64,000 bases of DNA from an uncultured virus (IMG/VR IMGVR_UViG_3300029267_004181) (taxonomy: Duplodnaviria; Heunggongvirae; Uroviricota; Caudoviricetes), in IMG/VR virus record IMGVR_UViG_3300029267_004181, one strand, 5' to 3'. The notes below the pieces were generated by a model that was not told where the DNA came from, searched no databases, and saw only the letters and a program-made list of their open reading frames with translations. Of the stretch, positions 24,022 to 34,623 are shown in pieces (the stretch's first letter is position 1; every line of letters starts with the position of its first letter). Both the position numbers and the translations under genes were made by a program.

Positions 24022-26148
24022 CTATTCCTGAGACGAGGAGAGACAGTTCTGCAGAAGCGCGTAGACCGACGACGTGTCCAGAGTCAGCGTGTGATCGCCT
24101 GTCTTCATCACAGTCATTCCGTTAACGCCCTCGATATCGAACACGCCGTTTAGCGACTGAATACCATTAATAGACAGCACCAAGTCGCTGCACACACTGC
24201 CTCGGTCTATAGGAGGCACGCCGGCAGGCTGGAAATCAGACGGATAATTACAAGCTACGCCTTGGCCTCCGCCATATGCGGATCTGAGCGTTATCGTATT
24301 GATCGTCTCATCGACCAGAATATTGCAATTCCAGCCTTCCCTGAATAGCAGGGGTCTGACAGTACATGCACCATACAGGGTAATATACGCCAGGTCAAGA
24401 GCTTCGCTAGATAACGCCGGCGCAATCTCTACACCGTCTGCATCTGTCTCTGACAAGGACGAGGAAGACGAAGAGGAAGACGAGGCCTCTTCAGGTAGAA
24501 ACGACGAGAAGCAATAATGCTCTATATGGTGCCAGAGTGCGCCGTATACACGAGAGTACGATCCGGTATTACGTACCGAATCTTCTAAGCGCACAAAGTG
24601 ACGCCACTGATACCCGTCAGCCTCTACCCAGCCACTGTCAATGTCATAATACGTCGCTGCCTCAGCCGAGCTGGATGATGACGAGGAGGATGAAGACGAT
24701 GACGAGGATCCAGGCTCAACAGAGATATCCTTTATCATCACGCGAATTCGCGCTTTCTGGCCTATACTCTCATCCCCGTTCATGCAGAACACGGTCATCT
24801 TGTACGTTCGGCCGCTGTAAAACAGTGTTGGCTCAAACAGCGTATTGCTCTGCACACCGTCAGCATCATAAATGATCAGACGAGCCTTGTACAGATCGCC
24901 CGTCACCGGAGTCAACTCTGCATTACACTCGACCCTGAAATTCAGATCCCCCGGCAAGTATTTGTAGTAGTCTCCGTTCAACGAGTGTCTGCCGCCTAGC
25001 GGAGCTACTTCATCTCCCGTATCAGGATCCTCTCGCCAGGCCATAAGCTGACCACTGTGCTCGCCTTGCCCGCCTACTCCTGTTCCCTGGGATATATGGC
25101 CCCAGGCCGTACAGTTTGGATTCACACAATAATGATACGGTACGCCGCTCAACTCAAACGCTGGCGCCGGATCGCATACCCAGCCGGTTTCGAGATACGT
25201 GTTGTATTGACCAGGATGCGATACTGGCACCCTACAAGCAGCTCCAGCGCCTACGCCTTGATACTGTGTATAGTACCCTCCGCCTAACGCCAGATCGTAC
25301 GTGACATTGGTCTGGAACGTAAATGTATGATTCAGTACGAAACTCTCAGAATGACGCCACGGACCTACTGAGCTTGCCCATGACGGATTCTCATCCTGCA
25401 TCCTTAGAGTAAGAGCAATTGTCCAGCCGGGCCACATGATAGTCATAAGGCCCAGCGGCGTTATACGCCAGCCAGCGAACTGAAAACCAGCAGGCGTATG
25501 CACATTACCAGCCCACTCTTCAGCTGCTAAATCCTCATCTCCCAAACCAGCTTCACCAGTGTAGTAACCGGAAAACTGCACCAGCCAATCAGCGCAACCA
25601 GGAACCTCGGGCCAGATCGAGGGTATCTCGGAGCTGGATGAGGACGAATCAAGGCTGTATTCCGGCTCTGCCGGCGTAACGGTCAACGTCCCTTCCGGCG
25701 CCTCATTAGCAATCGTAACAGACCGAATCAACGTCTGAGACAGATTGCGAACCCTGGACGGCAGCACATTCACTCGATCGGCAAATTCGGAATAGTGCAA
25801 ACCCGCGCTCAGAACAGCTGTCAGAGCCGACATGTTTGCCGTAACAATGCGACCCACAGCAGAGACATCCTCCCCTTCCCGTGTAGCACACGCTGTCAGT
25901 ACCTCTACGGCATCAGTCGTGTTAAACCTGGTGAATTCCCATACCCAGTAACCCGCCGCAAAAACAATAATGATGCGATCGGATGCGATGTAGATTTCGC
26001 TCAGATATACGTCGCTGACCTCGTCTCCCATCTGCGCGCCCCAGACGAAGTCTGCATCCAGCAGCCAGCGCGTAGGCAAATCTATATTGCTCATACGCCC
26101 GCGATCTTCTAGCGGATACGAGCTGAATTCTACGTCGTCGTAGAACAT
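24022..26148 (-). CDS. Putative baseplate/tail appendage protein with three poly-Ser tracts, 708 aa
   Basis: N-terminal YP(L/F) family motif and C-terminal SINGI...G-x-F-x-I-x-G shared with neighbours. Confidence 0.7.
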   Translation of the reverse strand: MFYDDVEFSSYPLEDRGRMSNIDLPTRWLLDADFVWGAQMGDEVSDVYLSEIYIASDRIIIVFAAGYWVWEFTRFNTTDAVEVLTACATREGEDVSAVGRIVTANMSALTAVLSAGLHYSEFADRVNVLPSRVRNLSQTLIRSVTIANEAPEGTLTVTPAEPEYSLDSSSSSSEIPSIWPEVPGCADWLVQFSGYYTGEAGLGDEDLAAEEWAGNVHTPAGFQFAGWRITPLGLMTIMWPGWTIALTLRMQDENPSWASSVGPWRHSESFVLNHTFTFQTNVTYDLALGGGYYTQYQGVGAGAACRVPVSHPGQYNTYLETGWVCDPAPAFELSGVPYHYCVNPNCTAWGHISQGTGVGGQGEHSGQLMAWREDPDTGDEVAPLGGRHSLNGDYYKYLPGDLNFRVECNAELTPVTGDLYKARLIIYDADGVQSNTLFEPTLFYSGRTYKMTVFCMNGDESIGQKARIRVMIKDISVEPGSSSSSSSSSSSSSSAEAATYYDIDSGWVEADGYQWRHFVRLEDSVRNTGSYSRVYGALWHHIEHYCFSSFLPEEASSSSSSSSSLSETDADGVEIAPALSSEALDLAYITLYGACTVRPLLFREGWNCNILVDETINTITLRSAYGGGQGVACNYPSDFQPAGVPPIDRGSVCSDLVLSINGIQSLNGVFDIEGVNGMTVMKTGDHTLTLDTSSVYALLQNCLSSSQE

Positions 26149-26997
26149 CTACTTTCTCCAGGCAAGCAATTCCTTGACATCAGGCCCTATCCGCAGCTGA
26201 CCGCTGGCTGCCGCTATGATTCTTAGTACCTGCAGGCTATAAGGCGGAACCTCGTCAACATAGTCGACCAGGACGTGTATCGTACCGTACTGATCCGCGC
26301 TCTTCTGAAACCAGGTGCCCGGCACAACGCCATGAATCTCGCTCTCGTACCCCTCGCCTATCAGGAACACCAACTCTTCCAACGGCTGGCGCAGCTGATA
26401 ATCCGCCCACTTCGCCCGGCAGCTTTTTCTCCTCCACATAGGATCACCAAGCACATGCACGTATACACTCTGTCCGCCATCATACGTATCCAGGTGAACC
26501 CCGTCTTTACCTACAATAGCAATATCGCCGCTAAACAGGGTCCCGTCTACTATCAAGCCTGTCAGTCCGCCTCTAACCGCTGCCAATGTAGACGCTACAA
26601 ACGACAACACGCCGGCAGGATATGTATACGTGTCAGGGGCAAGCGTGGTAGACCAGCTGTTGAAATTCTCTACATCAGCTATCAGCAGTCCGCTGTCGCG
26701 AGCATTGCTGTCGTAAAACCGAATCACCGGATCAGAGATAGCCCGATCAACAGTGGCCGTCAAGAAAGACAAGCTGGCTGTGTGTCTGACACTGAGCGTT
26801 ATCTCCGACGTGGTGACTGTCACGCTATGTAGAAAAACCCTGTCCACGTTCTCCAGAACAACAGGATAAAATCTGGCATCCAGGAATACGTCATCATCGG
26901 GCGCATAATCCAATTCCAGGCCGGCTTTCGCATCCTCAAACGGATACGCTAGCTGCCGCGTAGCATCAAACCACTGACCGTATCGAATCTCAGCCAT
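26149..26997 (-). CDS. Putative baseplate/tail protein (paralog family)
   Basis: N-terminal W...YPF motif; SGD-x-x-I segment. Confidence 0.65.
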   Translation of the reverse strand: MAEIRYGQWFDATRQLAYPFEDAKAGLELDYAPDDDVFLDARFYPVVLENVDRVFLHSVTVTTSEITLSVRHTASLSFLTATVDRAISDPVIRFYDSNARDSGLLIADVENFNSWSTTLAPDTYTYPAGVLSFVASTLAAVRGGLTGLIVDGTLFSGDIAIVGKDGVHLDTYDGGQSVYVHVLGDPMWRRKSCRAKWADYQLRQPLEELVFLIGEGYESEIHGVVPGTWFQKSADQYGTIHVLVDYVDEVPPYSLQVLRIIAAASGQLRIGPDVKELLAWRK

Positions 26998-27960
26998 CTA
27001 TTCGATCCCTACACAGAAGTCTTCCACGTCAGCCGGCACATAGAAATAGATCGTATGATCGTCGCCTCTGTCCGTGTTCGGTACAAGATACCCGCCTTTG
27101 AGCTCGATGAAAATCCTTCCGTAATGATCCGGCACGGCTCCGTTAATCTCAAAGATAGCATCCACGCCGTCCAAGCACTGGTTGCCTTCAGGATGCCTCC
27201 CGCAGGGACCTACGTACCGACCCAGCACGGAAGGATCGTCTTCCCAGTCAAGACCAATAGTTATGCACGTGCGAATGCCGGTCGCATCACACCTGGTCTT
27301 GTGCCCCGGCAATGGCACGCTATATCGATCCACCAGCTTGTATTGTCCCGTTCCCACTACGATATCGCCATCCGCTGCCAATGTAACATCCCCGATCAAC
27401 TGAGCAATATCACCGTACTTCCCAGCGTACTCTACAGAATCGGCTGAATAATATGCTAGAGACCTGGAACACAACCCTGATTGCTCTGCTGTGGAAAACC
27501 TGTACGCACGAAGCATACTACCAGTCGTAATTCCACGACCAAACGCTACCCACCCTGTTACGCCTGCGACCAGCCCTTCAATGCTGTATGTCCGATAAGG
27601 TTCTACCAGTGCTGCATTAACAATTCCAATCTCGGTTATCTCGTATTCAACAGCCGCGGCTTCCGCCAATTCGGGAGACTGTGAGGAGGAACTGCTGCTG
27701 CTGCTGCTGCTGCTGGAAGAAGCTTCCTCCGCTTCCACCTCACGCTTGCCCATTAGCACCAGGGTCGCGATGTTAGGACTGACTGAAATCGAACCTATCC
27801 AGCATTCCAACCAACGTTCAGGCAGGACTATCGACAGATCTACTAGAACATCATTCGGCAGCTGCAGAGCGGCATCGTCGATACCAGACGCGTTGACGGA
27901 TAGCGGATAGCTGTCCTGCTCGCGTCTGTTGTAAAATTCTGCGTAGATCGTATTGGCCAT
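26998..27960 (-). CDS. Putative baseplate/tail protein with poly-Ser (paralog family)
   Basis: N-x-x-x-x-x-x-YPL, INGA-x-PD-x-x-G-x-I motif and a long Ser tract. Confidence 0.65.
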   Translation of the reverse strand: MANTIYAEFYNRREQDSYPLSVNASGIDDAALQLPNDVLVDLSIVLPERWLECWIGSISVSPNIATLVLMGKREVEAEEASSSSSSSSSSSSSQSPELAEAAAVEYEITEIGIVNAALVEPYRTYSIEGLVAGVTGWVAFGRGITTGSMLRAYRFSTAEQSGLCSRSLAYYSADSVEYAGKYGDIAQLIGDVTLAADGDIVVGTGQYKLVDRYSVPLPGHKTRCDATGIRTCITIGLDWEDDPSVLGRYVGPCGRHPEGNQCLDGVDAIFEINGAVPDHYGRIFIELKGGYLVPNTDRGDDHTIYFYVPADVEDFCVGIE

Positions 27961-27961
27961 G

Positions 27962-29482
27962 CTACACCGTATCCAAATCAGCTTTGGGATTATCGTACAC
28001 TGTCACTGTCTTGCTTATCCCGCTACACAGCGACACCGTAGTAGCGCCTTCCAGCTTATCAACTGCGAACGTAACAGTCACTGAACTGCCTCCGAAGCCA
28101 GCGACCGGAATGAGCGTGATCTGAAACGGCAGATATGATTGTACCGTATACGGACCCAGAGGCTGAGTCAGTGTGCGCTCTAACACAAAAGCCTGCCGAG
28201 CAGTACCGTCTATATCCACCGCAATCGGATCTGCCTGCTTCCAAGCTCCGCCTGCGTGCTGCGGCGGCTCAAACGTGTACCAGCAATCTCCAGCCGGTAT
28301 GCAGTTAGTGGTAGCGCATGTCACTGTCACCTTGACGTGCATGTTAGGAAACTGCGTAGCATTGCAGCACTGCAAAATGGCTTCCGCCGTAAACGCCTTG
28401 TCATACGCGTGCGGATGCACCCTGAATAACACATCGAAGCAATAATTCTCAGGCGGGGTGCCGGACTCGTAGTGGCACTCGGCTTCCATGTCCGCAGCGT
28501 CGTTGAACCGCTCAAGTAGATCCTCGTATCTGGCTGCTGCCGCCTGGATGTTGTCGTCAATAGCGCCTAACAACCAGTTCAATCCGCGTAGCCGTTCATA
28601 CAGATCGAAATAATCTTGACACGTACAGCAAGGCTCGCTGCACACATTCATTACCATTATCTGCGCACCATCACTCGTCGTAAGCACGCACTGCGAGCCG
28701 TCGATCGATACGTTACCAAAAGCATTGGGCAAAGCACCCGCTAATGAGTAGATATAGTCAGACGTGTGAGGACAATTATAATCTCGCCCACGCCCGGCCC
28801 CAGGCGCCATAGTCAGCTCTATCAGCTCCTCGTCAGCATCAATCGACATGTCGGTATTGTAGCCTTCGTACAGAATCGCATCCTTGTTTCTGTCGATGTA
28901 ATCTCCGCCCACTTCCTCCAGCTGTATAGAATCGACGCTGGAGGGCCGTATTCTCGTCGCTGTGACATCAAACGGGATAGATGCGATCCAAAGCAAGGCT
29001 GTATCACTCGATGCCACCAGCGGGCTCTCAGAGCTGCTGCTGGAACTGCTGCTGGAACTGCTGCTAGAGCTAGCAAATTCTGGAGCCGGCCAGATTGCGC
29101 CGTCACGATACTCGTACACATCGTGCAAGTACCCGTCAGGCGTATAGAAAACTAGACACAGAGTAGCCGTACTACTGTACCAGAAGCAAGAGGTGTACGG
29201 ATCGCCTTCCATCATAGACGAGCAGATGCCCGACAGTACGACCGGTCCGGTCTCTGAACCTAATCGAATCTCTACTGATGGTACGCGGTGACTTGCATCT
29301 GCGCCCAGAATAGTTCCTGCGCGAGTAACAAATTCGGTTAGATGCGCGATACGAGTAGTGTCTACTGAAGCTGTCGGATAATGCAGAATGAGCTTGGCGT
29401 CGACCACCAGGCCATCCAGGAGCGTCCTGATTGTAAACGGATATGCTCGACCTCTGTTGATGTCGAAATAATCAAAATCCAA
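27962..29482 (-). CDS. Putative baseplate/tail protein with poly-Ser (paralog family)
   Basis: N-x-x-RAYPF; GA-x-PN-x-x-GN; C-x-x-PCC-x-C followed by a coiled coil. Confidence 0.65.
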   Translation of the reverse strand: MDFDYFDINRGRAYPFTIRTLLDGLVVDAKLILHYPTASVDTTRIAHLTEFVTRAGTILGADASHRVPSVEIRLGSETGPVVLSGICSSMMEGDPYTSCFWYSSTATLCLVFYTPDGYLHDVYEYRDGAIWPAPEFASSSSSSSSSSSSSSESPLVASSDTALLWIASIPFDVTATRIRPSSVDSIQLEEVGGDYIDRNKDAILYEGYNTDMSIDADEELIELTMAPGAGRGRDYNCPHTSDYIYSLAGALPNAFGNVSIDGSQCVLTTSDGAQIMVMNVCSEPCCTCQDYFDLYERLRGLNWLLGAIDDNIQAAAARYEDLLERFNDAADMEAECHYESGTPPENYCFDVLFRVHPHAYDKAFTAEAILQCCNATQFPNMHVKVTVTCATTNCIPAGDCWYTFEPPQHAGGAWKQADPIAVDIDGTARQAFVLERTLTQPLGPYTVQSYLPFQITLIPVAGFGGSSVTVTFAVDKLEGATTVSLCSGISKTVTVYDNPKADLDTV

Positions 29483-29486
29483 GTTC

Positions 29487-30542
29487 CTACGGTCCCTCTG
29501 CTGACGATTCTTCCTCGGGATAAGGATTGGGCAGCAAGAACGACTGGCTACCTAGCACTGATAGCTCCAGGCCCCTGACAGCAGCGCCCACTTCCGTGTT
29601 TATGCGGCTGACGATGCGTAGCTGCTCTTCCAACGCATCAGACTTGGTTGTCAACACAGCCAGCTCCTCACAACCACAGCAGGGCACGGCGCAGGTGTCG
29701 TCGATCTGGATTCCTGAACCGCTGGCTGCCACGTTGATACAGTCTCCTGCAACAATCTGATCCGTAGCGTAGCCGTTAATATACCGCAGAGGTTCAGCCT
29801 GGCTTGGCAGATTCGAGCACTCGTCACAGGTTCCGGTGAAGCCTTCGCTGCTGATGCCGTTGATGATTATAACATCGTTTGTATCGCTATCCGACGACGC
29901 CAGGCTCAAACTAACGTTCGACCCGGAACGCAAAATGACATCGCCTGAAATCGACTGGCTGACGTGGGCGCCTTCTTGTATCTTCAACGACCTGATGCCC
30001 AACGTCATGATATCAATGCAAGTAGGCAGCAGGCGCGTATCAGGAGGCGAAAACGACCAGGAGCCGGGATACCTGGCGATCGTATCATCCACATCGCCGA
30101 AGATCGCGTGTCCTGCGATATAATCAAACGGAGACTTGCCCTCAAAAACGATTGTAGTGTTGACATCCGACCCCGCAGCTACGCCCACAGATGCGACATC
30201 AACCGCCCAACCAGAAGAAGCAGCGGCGTTTATCAACAGCCCGCCTGCTTGTGAGAATGTAGATGTAGTTCTAACGACTTGGTACGCAATGTCTATAGTC
30301 ACACCCGCAGGCGAGACGGTCAGTCTGCTGATATAAAACCCTGACGGCTCAATCGCTTTCAACTCGTAGCTGCCGTCCGACATGGGAATCTGCATCTGAT
30401 GCGGCACAGCTAACGAAAATCCCACCAACAGATTATTCGGTATGGTCATAGCCTTGGTAACGTCAGAACCCGTACACTGATCCATTAACGGGTAGACGCG
30501 CTGTGCGTTAAGATTCAGCCACGACTCGTTCCAGATGTCCAT
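29487..30542 (-). CDS. Putative baseplate/tail protein (paralog family)
   Basis: WL-x-x-N-x-x-R-x-YPL; SGDV-x-L; C-x-x-PCCGC followed by a coiled coil. Confidence 0.65.
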   Translation of the reverse strand: MDIWNESWLNLNAQRVYPLMDQCTGSDVTKAMTIPNNLLVGFSLAVPHQMQIPMSDGSYELKAIEPSGFYISRLTVSPAGVTIDIAYQVVRTTSTFSQAGGLLINAAASSGWAVDVASVGVAAGSDVNTTIVFEGKSPFDYIAGHAIFGDVDDTIARYPGSWSFSPPDTRLLPTCIDIMTLGIRSLKIQEGAHVSQSISGDVILRSGSNVSLSLASSDSDTNDVIIINGISSEGFTGTCDECSNLPSQAEPLRYINGYATDQIVAGDCINVAASGSGIQIDDTCAVPCCGCEELAVLTTKSDALEEQLRIVSRINTEVGAAVRGLELSVLGSQSFLLPNPYPEEESSAEGP

Positions 30543-30548
30543 AGGTCA

Positions 30549-32546
30549 CTAACCAGGGAAGGTACTGGCGATTTCGCCCATCAAAACTGGCAACCCAACA
30601 TCATACGCAAAGCTGTCGGTTAGACCGTCGCGCTCCAACGTAAACATTACAATGTCTCCTGCTGTAACGGACAATGCCGACGTATAGCCTTCTACGTACT
30701 TGTTAGCTGCGGTCGTAACCCCCCGTGTCCACGCCCACGCAGTAATGCTGGACGGCAAATCCAGCTCGTTGCCGGCCCCAGGCTTGGACATAGACAAGTA
30801 TGACGCAGTCAGCAACGGCCCGCCGGACGCAGGTATGGCAGCATCAGGACAGAATATCCACGTCTTCAGGTATAGATACTGACCGGCTGGGACCGTAGCC
30901 GGTATGATAATCTTACCGGTTAGAGCGCTGCGACGATCTGACGGGAACGTCAAGTAGTGTATGCCTATATCAGGCTCGCTTGCATGTGTCACCTCGTGAA
31001 CGTCCTTGCGTATGCCGTCAAGAGCAACTACGCTGACATCAACTCGTAACACAGTTTCCGATTGGAAGCCTAAATACAGAACACCGTAGTATCCGTTTGT
31101 AGCGTTGCCAAAGCCGTGTTCGCTGTCGGGCGTGATAACCACCTGAGACGACCCGGCTTTTACACGAGTCACGGCCGTCTGTGCCAGCATCCGATTATCT
31201 TCGTGCATCGGATGCGCACGTAGAACGTGCGCCTCGCTCAGCTCCTCTTCACCCAAAGATGAGGAAGACGACGAGCTTGTGCCCTGACCACCAGCAGGAG
31301 CGATGCGATCCCAGTTGAGCTCAGGCGTAAGGTCGCCAGACGTAGCCTCGTCGCCTTGTAGATCCTTTACAAGAACCGTGTCACTGCTGTGTAAACTTTC
31401 CACCACACCAGCAGCCGACTTAATAGGCAACCGCGTAAAGGTCAGCTGCAACTCTATTTCTTCAGGCGCGATGCCTGGCGGAAGGTGGCCCTCCAGCCAC
31501 TCAAGAAACGGCCCGTAACACGCGGGCGGGCCTGCCTCAGACGAAGAAGATGAAGACAGTGAAGACGAAGACGACGAGATCTCCTCAGACGGGCTTGACG
31601 GAGGCGTCCCGTAATAAATGGACCAAGGAACGAGTCCAAAACACCTGGTCATCCACCAGATACCATAGTTGTTCACCTGGTACAGATTGGATGGAACCTC
31701 GTGTCCATTGTACGTCAGAATAGCCGACGACAAGGGCATCGGGGGCCAAGCGTTGGACACCGCGCTGTGCGTCGACATGTTGTATCCGAATACCGCACCT
31801 TCAGGTGCGTATTCAGCAATTGACGAATGATCGGCAGGTAACCACCCGGTCTGCGCTGCGTCTGCTGCCGTAATGTAGTGAGGATAGTCCCGCTCAGGGT
31901 AGTTTGCAGTCCCGGCAGGCTTGCCGTGGAGCCTGAACCGGAAGTGTATGTGGCCTTCGTAAATGTTCCGCCACACAGGATTGAAATAAAAGATCCAGCT
32001 GCCTTCCTGACGAACCAGGTACCCTATGTAGGTAGAATACGACACTTCATGGCTAACAGCTTTACCCGCATCTGCGTTGCTCAGCCAGTACGGCCCCTCT
32101 GTATAGCTTCCAGCCCCGCTCGAACTGGAACTTGAGCTGTCCTCAGAAACGTCGATGAGACCGGCCAGCACCGCCGCGCTAGCGCCGGCCAGACACCCGG
32201 AAATCAGAATGTCGCCCCTGGAGCTTGCCGTTTTCTGTGTGACGATGCCGATAGCGAATGCGCGCTGATCCAATGTCCATACACCATCGACTATATCGAT
32301 AGCCGCCAGCGCCAGATCATACCTGCCATTGTCATCATCCCAGTACACAATGTTTCCGGCAGACAGCCCAGACGCCATTGGCACATCGTATCGAATAATG
32401 GCGTTTGCAGCCGTAGCGGCCTCGACCCGCTCGTACAGATGATTAGTACGCGTCTCTAGATCATCCGGACCAGCATTAGCGTTGGCAGCCCGTACCTGCT
32501 GTCCGTCACGTATCCGAGCTACGACCGTTTTCCAGGGCGTTCCCAT
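30549..32546 (-). CDS. Putative tail-fibre/baseplate attachment protein with three poly-Ser tracts, 665 aa
   Basis: N-terminal I-x-DG-x-x-V-x-A-x-x-x-N...L-x-x-RT-x-x-L pattern seen at tail-fibre N-termini; lies downstream of the baseplate genes. Confidence 0.65.
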   Translation of the reverse strand: MGTPWKTVVARIRDGQQVRAANANAGPDDLETRTNHLYERVEAATAANAIIRYDVPMASGLSAGNIVYWDDDNGRYDLALAAIDIVDGVWTLDQRAFAIGIVTQKTASSRGDILISGCLAGASAAVLAGLIDVSEDSSSSSSSGAGSYTEGPYWLSNADAGKAVSHEVSYSTYIGYLVRQEGSWIFYFNPVWRNIYEGHIHFRFRLHGKPAGTANYPERDYPHYITAADAAQTGWLPADHSSIAEYAPEGAVFGYNMSTHSAVSNAWPPMPLSSAILTYNGHEVPSNLYQVNNYGIWWMTRCFGLVPWSIYYGTPPSSPSEEISSSSSSLSSSSSSEAGPPACYGPFLEWLEGHLPPGIAPEEIELQLTFTRLPIKSAAGVVESLHSSDTVLVKDLQGDEATSGDLTPELNWDRIAPAGGQGTSSSSSSSLGEEELSEAHVLRAHPMHEDNRMLAQTAVTRVKAGSSQVVITPDSEHGFGNATNGYYGVLYLGFQSETVLRVDVSVVALDGIRKDVHEVTHASEPDIGIHYLTFPSDRRSALTGKIIIPATVPAGQYLYLKTWIFCPDAAIPASGGPLLTASYLSMSKPGAGNELDLPSSITAWAWTRGVTTAANKYVEGYTSALSVTAGDIVMFTLERDGLTDSFAYDVGLPVLMGEIASTFPG

Positions 32547-32557
32547 TTAATTAGCCT

Positions 32558-33172
32558 TTATCCAGACGAAGAAGACGAGGACGAGGATTCACTTGGCTCC
32601 ACTGTAAACGTCACAGGCCAGCGCACAAACATTTGGGTTCCAGGCGTATACTGCACAGCACCGTTATAAGGCGACCCTGTGTACGGATAAGCTCGCGCAT
32701 ATACGGTGTCCTGACTAGGATCATTAGCAACCGGCGCGTATGCCAGCGCTACGCCCCGCACCCAGCTGGTAGCGGCCAGCGCCAGACCACGCACGCCCGT
32801 CATGCCGGCCTGCCAGCTAGTAGGAAAGACACCCATGAACAGCACCCGATTATTGGTGTATCCTGACGCTGTAGCATCATAATCCACAGCCACAATCGGC
32901 ACCCGCATGAAATCTGCAGTCACTCCGTCCAGGCCGAGATAGTACGTTATACCTACACCCGTATCCACTGCCGGCGGAGTATAAGGCGTAGGATCGACCG
33001 CCGACTCCATGTATTCAAAATACATGCGATTGATGTACACCGACGAAGCCAAAGCCTGTGCCACCAGATCAGCGCCAGTATAGATAACAGTATTAGGCAC
33101 TTCGATAGCGGAGCCTACACTAGCTAACCCGCTCATTTGCACCAGTACGTGGCCTTTACCTGTTAATTTCAT
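32558..33172 (-). CDS. Putative baseplate / tail collar protein ending in poly-Ser-Gly
   Basis: N-x-V-x-x-x-G-x-x-x-x-A-x-x-L...W-x-V-x-F pattern and gene position. Confidence 0.6.
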   Translation of the reverse strand: MKLTGKGHVLVQMSGLASVGSAIEVPNTVIYTGADLVAQALASSVYINRMYFEYMESAVDPTPYTPPAVDTGVGITYYLGLDGVTADFMRVPIVAVDYDATASGYTNNRVLFMGVFPTSWQAGMTGVRGLALAATSWVRGVALAYAPVANDPSQDTVYARAYPYTGSPYNGAVQYTPGTQMFVRWPVTFTVEPSESSSSSSSSG

Positions 33173-34623
33173 CAGGGCAACTCCACTATCGGTTCAAGGT
33201 CCGTCATCACCATAGACTCGCTGTCTACCGTAATGCCTTCCATCAAATCTGACGCATCTGTCTCATCTGACATCAACAAAGACGCTCCCGCCATCGACGA
33301 CCCTTCCTCGTCGGCCAGCAACGTCTCTATTATTACTACATAGGCCACGCGCGCCGGCACCAAAGATCGTAAGTAGGAGAACCAGTCAACACCCAGCCAG
33401 TCAGGACCACATCGGTTCGTCGTGACTTTCAGAACAAAAAAGCCGCCTTCCCAAAGTGATACCAGCAATTCAAATGGATTCAAAGCCGCTGGAAATGTGC
33501 CGTTAGTACCTATAGCAGCTTGTAATAGTGTTTGATCGACACCAGCCCAGAATAACTGAACCTTGCTGGCTTCTCCTGTTAGCTCAAACGTGACTGTTGT
33601 GCCGTCAGCATCCGTCTCCACCTCTACGTCCACGTTCCTGTTCAGCCAGCCTAATTGTCCAGTCTCCCGTTTCGTAAACTGCTGACCCACCGTGACCAGC
33701 GGCACATCCGATGCTGAAGGAAGACTATCAGGCCCTACCTCGAACAGCTGTACAGTATCAACCAGCTGGTCGTCTTCATCCACCGTATCGCCTACCGACA
33801 CGATAGCCGCGCTATCAGGATGAAACAGATATGTCTTGTTGGTAGTAGTAATAGCCAACTTGTCATCCGTTGCCGTGATATACTGCACAACCTCGCCATC
33901 CGTCTCTACCACAGGAACGTCGGCAACGGCATTGGCAAGCATTTCTAATTTGCTGGCAGACGGCCCTTCTACCAAAATATCCCAATAGCGGTTCATCAAA
34001 TTGCGGTACGCTTCGGTGGCCGGACCGTTAGGCAGCCCAAGTATGTACGCCCACTCATAGTAAACGTCGCTGGCATCCCACTTGGAATAGAAACACCAGA
34101 ACTTGTATTCAGTATCAGTCGCAACACCGTCCGTATATATGGTAGTCGCGTCAAACGCCAAATCGGCAGGGTGGCGTCTGAATACCAACTTAGCGTGACT
34201 GCTGTCTTGCCACCAATAATCGGTGTTCTGGCACCATACAACTCCGTCTCCTGCCGGCGATGCTAAGATGAATCTACCAGGTGACACCATATTCGCAGGA
34301 GGGCTTATCTCGTAACCGTTATCAGGCTCGGCGTACAGCTTGCCTTCGCCGTATACATGCCCGTCGCCGTAGCTGATAGCAACCTGCTGTATCTGCGAAG
34401 CGAGAACCTTCCATAGATACCAGTACCTGGTACGCGCAGGAGGCACCAAATGCCTGTCCAGAGACAGCCTGGCCTCGTCACACAGCTGATGCGATTGAAA
34501 GCCGATTTCAGCCGAGGACTGAAGCAGCGTGTCGACAGCCTCCGGATTGGAAACCATCGTGCTCCAGAACGACCCAAGCTTGGCTCGCAGTTCTCGACCT
34601 ACACCAGTTTGTGCTGAAATCAA
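33172..34623 (-). CDS. Putative baseplate wedge protein
   Basis: Immediately downstream of the baseplate J-like gene; 483 aa. Confidence 0.6.
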   Translation of the reverse strand: MISAQTGVGRELRAKLGSFWSTMVSNPEAVDTLLQSSAEIGFQSHQLCDEARLSLDRHLVPPARTRYWYLWKVLASQIQQVAISYGDGHVYGEGKLYAEPDNGYEISPPANMVSPGRFILASPAGDGVVWCQNTDYWWQDSSHAKLVFRRHPADLAFDATTIYTDGVATDTEYKFWCFYSKWDASDVYYEWAYILGLPNGPATEAYRNLMNRYWDILVEGPSASKLEMLANAVADVPVVETDGEVVQYITATDDKLAITTTNKTYLFHPDSAAIVSVGDTVDEDDQLVDTVQLFEVGPDSLPSASDVPLVTVGQQFTKRETGQLGWLNRNVDVEVETDADGTTVTFELTGEASKVQLFWAGVDQTLLQAAIGTNGTFPAALNPFELLVSLWEGGFFVLKVTTNRCGPDWLGVDWFSYLRSLVPARVAYVVIIETLLADEEGSSMAGASLLMSDETDASDLMEGITVDSESMVMTDLEPIVELP

